Below, one piece after another: positions 56,671 to 64,000 of a DNA stretch of 64,000 nt. A program made the position numbers and the translations under genes. Source of the DNA: Hyaloraphidium curvatum SAG 235-1 (Eukaryota; Fungi; Monoblepharomycota); NCBI GenBank assembly GCA_025558095.1, contig JAIVFI010000001.1:496001-560000 (forward strand), in the 5' to 3' direction. Below the pieces are notes generated by a model, which saw only the letters and a list, made by a program, of their open reading frames with translations, did not search any database and was not told the origin of the DNA. Position 1 is the stretch's first letter. Each line of letters opens with the position of its first letter.

Positions 56671-58488
56671 ATGGCCGCGGCCTCCAAGCTCGCCGTCGCG
56701 GCGGCGGCGACCGCCGGCGGGCTCCTCCTCTCGCTCGCCGCGGCGTACCGCGTGCTCCGCGCGGGCGCGTACTCGCCGTGGTCGCACGTCCTGCTCGGCA
56801 CCCCCGCGCCGGAAAAGGCCTCGAAGCGCCTGCAGTCGGCCGCCAAGCCCGACGGCACCGTCGCCGTCGACATCGAGACGGAATTCTACAGCGTGACGGG
56901 CACCGTGGATGCCGCCTACACGGACGTGGTCGACGTGTTCTGCCGCAACGTCGCCGAGGGCCACGAGGTCGGAGCGTCGTTCTGCGTCTACGTTGGCGAG
57001 CGCCGCGTGGTGGATCTCGCGGGCGGGCAGAAGGTTGGCGGGCGCAAGTACGACCTGGACAGCTGTAGGTCGACCGACGGCCGATCGCGGTCCACTTTCT
57101 GATTGGGCCTCCCCCGCTACCGACCCTGATCCCCTGGTTGAACCGCGGTCCCGCCGGCCCACAGGCAACCAGGTGTTTAGCTCCGGCAAGGCCATCATGT
57201 CCGTCATCGTGGCCTACTGCGTCGGAAAGGGCTACCTCTCCTACGACGACCTGGTCACGAAGTACTGGCCCGAATTCGGCCAGGGCGGCAAGGAGCATGT
57301 GACTGTCAAGGAGATCCTGCAGCACCGCGCCGGCGTGGGCTGGCTCGACCCCGAGAACCGGCTCACGTACGAGGAGTGCTGGGACCTGGACGCCATCCGG
57401 CCCAAGCTGGAGCGGCAGAAGCACAACTTTGACGGCGTCAAGACCCAGAGCTAGTCAGTCCCTTCGGGGCCTTTTCGCTCCGCCGTTCTCACACGCGGCC
57501 GCAACGTTACGTTACAGCCACGCCGTCACCCGCGGCTACTACATGAATGAGATCCTCCGCCGCGTGCACCCGCAGGGCTACACCGCGCGCGACATCATGT
57601 CCAAGGAGATCCTCCCCCTCCTCGTCGCCGACGCCGACCGCACCGGCCACCCCGTGCACATCTCCGTGCCCGAGGACCCCGCGGTTTTTGGTCACATCTG
57701 GGACCTGGTCGCCTACCCCATCCCCCGCGTCGTGCTGCGCCTCTTCTACCCGCGGTTCGCCAACCCCGACCCCCTGCCGGAGCAGATCGTCCGCGGCATC
57801 CGCAACCCCAACCCCATCGCCAACAAGTCCATGGCCGAGACCATGCCCACGTTCGCCGGCCCCGACCCCGTCACGGGCAAGCCGGTGGGCAAGGGGCTGG
57901 ACTCGCAGAACTCATGGAACGTGCGGCGCGGGCAGCACACGAGCTTCGCGGTGGTCACCAACGCGCGGGCCATGGCGAGGCTGGGGGCGCTGATCGCCAA
58001 CGGGGGCAAGCTGGAGGGGAGGGAGGTGATCCCCGCGGGGACGGTCGGGGTGGCGATGGAGGAGGACCCGTGGAGCGGGGAGGACAGGGTGCTGCGGTTC
58101 GAGGTGCCCTTCACGGTAGGTCGCGCGCGGGCCTTCTCTTGATGAACGCGGCCTGACGTCGGGATCAGAACGGCGGTTGGGGGATCACCAAGGGCCGCCG
58201 CGTGCCCCAGACGCCCTCGGAGCAGCGCTGGATCGACCAGGGCACGGGCTGGAAATGGGTCGGCTGGGCGGGGTACGGCGGGTCGATGATGCAGTGGGAG
58301 CCGGAGAAGAAGATCGCGTTCGGATAGTGAGTGCTCGGCGCCGCGTTGGGATTTCGGGGACGGAAGCTGATTCGGACGACAGCGCGCCGTCGGCTTTGCA
58401 GATCTCGCTGCTCGGGGACTTCAGGTCGGCGAGGCTGCTCGAGACCGCGCTGGACTGCTGGGAGGCGGCGGGAGGCAAGGCCGCGTGA
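56671..58488 (+). CDS. Beta-lactamase/transpeptidase-like serine hydrolase (class C esterase), multi-exon
   Basis: GASFCVY..VVDLAGG, FSSGK (SxxK), YWPEFGQGGKEHVTV..HRAG, YHA, GWAGYGGS. N-terminal anchor and four introns. Confidence 0.92.
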
Positions 58489-58697
58489 AGATTCCCGATC
58501 GGAATCGAGCTTCGGGCACAGCTGTGTGAAGCACCTGGAATGACAAAGCTGGACGTCCAATGCGTTTTTCGGTGTACATACGCTACGTTACCGCCGCTAA
58601 GATCCAATTCGCAAAAGATGAAGCAAGATTCCGTACGTCCAAATCTCAAAGCGTGCAGTCCGAAAGAGAACGAACCCCACGGGTTGCCAACGTCCAA

Positions 58698-59720
58698 TCA
58701 GCGGTTGACTTGGAGGTTCCCGTTACCCGTAGCGGAGTTGTAGCTGTTTGACCCCGCATGCCTGCACGAGACGGACCTCCGGCCCAAGGAATCCCACGAA
58801 GGATACCTGTACCGGTAGTTGGCCACCCCCTGCCAGTTTGTGTTTGCCCGCCCGACCTCGCGCCCGTTGACCGAGAAGATGATCTGGATGTTGTTCGCGC
58901 CGCCGCCGTTGTCGGTGCGCGTGGCCCCGCAGGTCAGCGTGACCTGCTGGCCCCTCTTGACTGTGCGGTAGGTCACGGAGATGCGGAGGTTGACCTTGCG
59001 GGAGCATCCACTGCGGGACGGGCAGGCCCAGCTCCCCTCCTTGGCGGCGAGGTGCCACCCGCTGGCGGACTTGTAGTTGGTGCAGGTCCGGCCGTAGCGG
59101 TAGCAATCCCCGGTCCGAACGTTGTAGGCAATGACCCGGCAGTTGTCGTCGAAGTCGCACGAGATCTCGCACTGGCGCTCGCTGCCCTCGGTGGAGCGGG
59201 CAAGCGGGCTGTCGCAGCACTGCCGGTGGTTGGCGCACTCGCCGTACTGCAGCTGCTCCACGCAGTCACCCGGCAGGCCGCTGCCTTCGTAGCCGTTGAA
59301 ACAGGAACACTGGGGGCTTCCCGAGCTGTCGTCGCAGTATGCGTTGCTGTCGCACGGTGAGGGGTCGTCCGAGCACTTGGCGCTGCCGCCGCCGTTGCAG
59401 CTGCCCGGGCTCGTCGGACAGTTGGATTCCGAGAGCCCATACATCCAGAAGAAACTTTCTGTGCCGTAGCCGGCGTCGTTGCACCGGTTGTTGAAGAGCT
59501 TGCAGCTTCCAGCCCCGTTGTCGTTGTAGGTGTAGACGTAGCAGGGGCCAAGGTTGACGCACTTATTGTGGCACTCGGCACGCGTGATGGACCCCCACGT
59601 CTCGAGGACAGAGGAGCAGCAGGTCATGTCGAACGAGTTCCCGCACGGAACTCCCTGCGCGCCGGCAGTCGAGGCCGCTGCGAGCACAGCCGCAAGAAGC
59701 AGCACGGCTCCGAGGATCAT
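58698..59720 (-). CDS. Secreted Cys-rich protein: PAN/apple - EGF - PAN/apple - Ig-like
   Basis: Signal peptide; C..C...C..Y.Y...C PAN patterns twice; EGF-like PCDSNAYC..CSCFNGYEGSG..C; C-terminal beta-sandwich. Intronless. Confidence 0.78.
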   Translation of the reverse strand: MILGAVLLLAAVLAAASTAGAQGVPCGNSFDMTCCSSVLETWGSITRAECHNKCVNLGPCYVYTYNDNGAGSCKLFNNRCNDAGYGTESFFWMYGLSESNCPTSPGSCNGGGSAKCSDDPSPCDSNAYCDDSSGSPQCSCFNGYEGSGLPGDCVEQLQYGECANHRQCCDSPLARSTEGSERQCEISCDFDDNCRVIAYNVRTGDCYRYGRTCTNYKSASGWHLAAKEGSWACPSRSGCSRKVNLRISVTYRTVKRGQQVTLTCGATRTDNGGGANNIQIIFSVNGREVGRANTNWQGVANYRYRYPSWDSLGRRSVSCRHAGSNSYNSATGNGNLQVNR

Positions 59721-60294
59721 CTTCGGGGCGATAGGGAAGCTCTGGTGGCCTGCGATGGGCGTAAATGTCGGGCCGACAAGTGGCGCTGGTGCGACGGCCC
59801 GCCACGACGCGGCGAACCGTTCCCACCGTGGGGGACCAACCTCGCGGGCGCTTCCGGACTCGGGATCGCCGAAGATTTGCCAAAATAGAGACCGGAAGAA
59901 GTGCGGCCGCCGGTTTTTCGTCGGTCCCTGTGCCGGATATGGTCCGTGACTGACTGATTTCGTTGATTGACTGACGAACTTGCTTGACTGTCGCGACCGT
60001 CGGCCGATGCAAGTTCCGGAGCCCATCGCGGCCCGTTTCCGCCACGCGCAGTCCCGATGATAGGCCTTGGTACCGCTTGCACTCTCGGACCGTCGGCTAA
60101 CCAGAACATGCGTCGCTAGTGCCGCGATCCGCAGGACGCGTTCTCCGGCACCATACAACAGCCGTTTCTTTGCTACTCGGGCCCAACATCTCCCTTAGAT
60201 GCGATGGACGTGGATGTTGTAAGGCAATCGGAGTTGAGGGATGGGCTTGGGATGGGCCTTGGAACTGATCTGACCTCGCGGCCAGTCAGGAAAA

Positions 60295-60737
60295 TAGACG
60301 CCCCCGACGTCCCCTTCCTCCTGCCCGAGCTGATGCTCGCAGTCATGGAAGTCCTTGCCAGCCGACGGCACCGCCGCACGCGCGCACTACGGCGTGCATG
60401 CACCGGGCAAGCACGCCGTGGACGAGGCGTTCCGCCCCGTCAAAGGGCCGTTCAACTACGCCGCCGTCCAACCGCCCCCAGGCGGCGGCGACCCCTTCGC
60501 ATCCCTGCAGCTCCGCCTGAACCACTATCGCATTCCGAGCCTGGAACGGCTGTTCCTGCGGTTCGCGCGCGGGGCCGTGGACAACGGCGGGTCGCATCGG
60601 TTCGAGGACTAGGCGGCCGCGCCCCCGGACGAGCTCGGCCGCGGGAGGAGGGGGCGGTGAGGGATGCGGGGGCGAGGCACATGGCGGCGGAGGTGAGGAA
60701 GGTGCTGGGGATGCCGCCGGCGGAGTTTGGAGACTAG
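60295..60737 (+). pseudogene. F-box-like family remnant
   Basis: DVPFLLPELMLAVMEVLASRRHRRT is nearly the same as the N-terminus at 50939; no ATG, and the sequence diverges afterwards. Confidence 0.55.
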
Positions 60738-61338
60738 CGGCGGAGGCGTCGGGCGTGTGTTCGATTGCGGCGGAACAGCCCGTTCATGGTTCCCGGCCGC
60801 CTCCTCTGCCGCTTCCACCTCGGCAGCCTGCCTTTGCTTCCACGCCCGGTACGCCGTGACGGGCCAGCGACGGGATGGATGAACCGCAATGAGTCAACGA
60901 CCCCGAAGCTGCAGACGGCGGTTGTAGGGTCCGCAGGGACTTTCGCAAGCCGATCGCCGAGATCAATCGGGGGATTCCGCATCCGGCCGATGAGTTTTCG
61001 CCGTCCCTACGACTTTGGAGGCCGTTGGGGGTTTCGGCCTCAGAGGACGCATCGGTAGGGGGCGAGCTCCGAGGCGGCGGGTGGGAAGCCGCGCCGGGGC
61101 TTTGTGCCGCACGCACCGAGGCCAATCCGCTCGGCAGAGGCCATGTGCAAGCAAGCACATCCATCGGGACGCTAGGGACGTTCGGTTTGGGATGGAGCGT
61201 CGAAGGGTCTTTCAGTGCGGCACCCTAGCGGTTGAGTTCTGGACCGTTCGGAGGGACCGGTCCCTTCTCGCTACTTCAAAAGGAGCGCGTCCCCGGCGTC
61301 CCTCCCATCACACCCAGGCCGCCGCACCCGCCCTCACC

Positions 61339-63337
61339 ATGCGCGCTACCTCGTACCTTGCTGCCGCCGGCGCTGCCGTGCTCGCGCTCGTCGGCCGCTC
61401 CGACGCCCAGGGCGTCTCGTGGGCCGGGCGCTCCGAGCTCGCCGCCCTCTCGGGCTGCACCTCCGGCCAGCCCGGCACGAATGCCCCTCAGGTGAGCCCG
61501 ACTGGTCTCTAGACGCCCTAGGCAGCCGCTGATACTGTTTCTAGGTCGACACGGCCCGCACCAACATGACCCGCGCCGACATCACCGTCGCCGCGTGGAC
61601 CAAGCCCGTCACCGGCCGCAAGATGACCATGTACCTCGGCAAGGAGATGCACGGCACCGCCGTCTGCGTCGCCGACTCGGTCGGCAGCACCGGCACCTGC
61701 CGCTACGACTTCACCCTGTCGGGCACCTGGCGCACGCTCCGCGGCTGCGCCTGGTCCAACCCCGACACCACGAGCCGCCCCGGCTACGAGGTCCGCAACA
61801 ACACGGTCTACCTCGAGTGGCAGGACGCCTTCCCCGGCGGCAACCGCCAGGCCTCGCGCTACGCCTACCCGGTGTCGATCGCCCTGCCCACGACCGTGAA
61901 CGTGCAGACCGACATCAAGGTCCTCGAGGAGTCGGGCATCAAGAACTTCAACCTGACGGGGCTGTCGTACGACATCACCGACGGGCAGCGCTACCTGATC
62001 GTCGACTTCACCATGTTCTCGAGGTGGGCTCGGTGTGCGGCGCGTTTCTGAGCCGATCTGACCTCCCCTCCCTCCAGGTGGCCCAACAACCTTACTCTGG
62101 ATGCCGACTCGGGCTACATCAGCCTGCCCGGCTACACCGGAACCGTCGAGATCAACTCGTACACCCTGCCCACCTGCGTCAAGACCGACGGCTCGTCCAG
62201 CACCGCCTTCACGACCCAGGACTTCTGCTACCAGAACGGCCAGCTGAAGATCGCCATCGGCGACGTCTGCAACGTCGGCGGCACCTACGCCTTCAACTTC
62301 GATACCAACTGCTTCCCCGGCGCGGCAAACACAAACACCTGCACGGGCAAGGTCCTCACCGCCAATGCTCTCATCGGCACGCCCAACGCCTCGGGCGCCC
62401 TCGAGCTCGACCTCTGCAACGCCCTCCTGAACACGGTCGCCTCGGTTACCGGCGTGATGGTTGCGGACAAGCCCCAGGGCTACTTCTTCGGCGACACCGT
62501 GCTGCTCACGGCCACCTTCACCTCGCCCGACCTGCCCATCTACGAGGCCCGCCTGACCAAGATGATCCTCGGACGCAACAAGGTCGAGCGCACGCCCAAC
62601 ATCGGCGCCGCCACCACCGTGACCCGCAATGTCAACACGACCCTCGTCGACTCGGCCGCCGGCCCCGCCGCCGTCGGTGCCCTCTCGACTCTCGCGGTGA
62701 ACACCAACTTCACCTACCTGCCCACGGCCGACCCGAACGTTGTGGAGATGAAGGTCACGCCCAACATGCTGCCCAAGCAGGCCGGCGTCGATTTCAACGA
62801 CGACTCGTTCCTGACCACGGACGACTTTGATTCGATCACCGTGAGTAGCGGATGGGCGTCGCTGGCGCCTCGATCGGTCGCTCATCCTTCCTCCCCTTGC
62901 AGGACTACACCTTTTACGCCACCTTCCGCATCTACTTCGACCAGCAGTCCGCCGCCGGCCAGCGCCGCCGCCGTCTGCTCGCCCGTGACGTGCAGGTGCC
63001 CGCCCCGGCCCTCCGTCAGACGACCACGAGCAACCAGAACGCGAACGCCGCCCTCACGGTGCCGCCGAACCCGAACGCCGTGCAGACCCAGCCCACCACC
63101 GCCCCGGTCGCCCCCGTCGCACAGCCCGCCGCCGCCACTTCGTCGAACGAGGCCCTCGTCATCGCCGCCATCGTCATCGGCACCCTCGCCCTGCTCGCCG
63201 CCTGCTGCACCCTCTTCGTCCTGCTGGCCATGCGCCGCAAGGACAAGAAGCGCGAGGAGGAGGACGCCTTCATCCGCCAGAGGCTCGTCAACGGCATCGA
63301 GTCGGCCAAGGCGCCGCAGTGGGGTGCCGCCGTCTAA
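61339..63337 (+). CDS. Type I membrane/secreted protein with a dibasic cleavage site before the TM helix (ZP-like layout)
   Basis: Signal peptide MRATSYLAAAGAAVLALVGRSDA, Cys/Thr-rich beta ectodomain, QRRRRLLARD, TM segment ALVIAAIVIG..FVLLAM followed by RRK. Introns at 61492-61543, 62024-62077 and 62841-62902. Confidence 0.8.
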
Positions 63338-63544
63338 GCGGACGATCGGGATAGACTGGGGGATTTCGTGGGCTCTGTTGTGACTAGTGCAGTGCAATGA
63401 GAGCTTGTCTTGCAACGATCTTGCGGGTGCTGACGTCCAGTCCAGGTCTGTTGGTTGCGAGCAGTGACTGACAACGACACCATCCATTGACGCGGCACAA
63501 TCGCCGACTTTTCCTATGTACACGAGGCCGAGCGCGTCCACTTC

Positions 63545-63957
63545 TCATATCCGCACCTTCAGCTTCCATCCCACCTTCTTGTACCGCAGCGCGATGATGA
63601 AGACGGCGCCCAGGAACCACGTCGAGGCCACGAAGCCCAGCAGCGGGCGGTAGTTGGCCCCCACGCGCTGCCCGTTGACGACGACGGTCGTCGAGTCCAC
63701 GATCAGGCCCGAGAGGGAGGGGCCGACGATCTCGCCGGGGCCGAAGGAAAGGTAGAGGATGCCCAGCACGCTGGTGTTCGGGAAAGTAGGTCAGGAAGGG
63801 ACATGCCGGTCGCATGGGGCCGAACCGACCTGCCCAGGTTGGCAGTCCCGAACTCGATGGCGGAGAGCACCGGCATGGTCACGAGCGGAGCCCCGCAGAA
63901 GAAGGCGATGAAGATGGAGGCGGTGACCGTCGTTCCAAGCTGAGTAGGGGCCGGCAT
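63545..63957 (-). CDS. MFS transporter (monocarboxylate-porter-like), 3' exons only
   Basis: FIAFFCGAPLVTMPVLSAIEFGTANL | LGILYLSFGPGEIVGPSLSGLIVD..YRP; runs off the window end. Confidence 0.8.
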
Positions 63958-64000
63958 CCTATGGCGCGCGGGTATCAGCGAGAGCTAGAGCACCGAGCTG

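Overview
GC-rich, intron-containing eukaryotic DNA. Short GT..AG introns with GCTGAC-type branch points, a fungal transcription-factor domain and a chromovirus indicate a fungus. An early-diverging chytrid/monoblepharid-like lineage is my inference, not confirmed. The window holds ordinary genes: MBOAT, peroxisomal thioesterase, MATE, DUF1349, GFA, serine hydrolase, MFS and tRNA-Ile. These are interleaved with fast-evolving families: about 9 copies or remnants of an F-box-like family, two multidomain TKL kinases, a MYND protein and a RING protein, many frameshifted. The centrepiece is a ~14 kb mobile block at ~19.05-33.2 kb. It is a same-strand, multi-ORF CRE-type (restriction-like endonuclease) non-LTR retroelement with stop/start-coupled ORFs, an internal TATA promoter, an extra coiled-coil ORF and a second divergent RT fragment. 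Its 3' end is not poly(A), and that 14-mer recurs next to a small hairpin elsewhere in the window. A young Ty3/gypsy chromovirus with an apparent self-priming site and no target-site duplication interrupts the block. All calls are by eye; no database searches were run, and intron boundaries are approximate.
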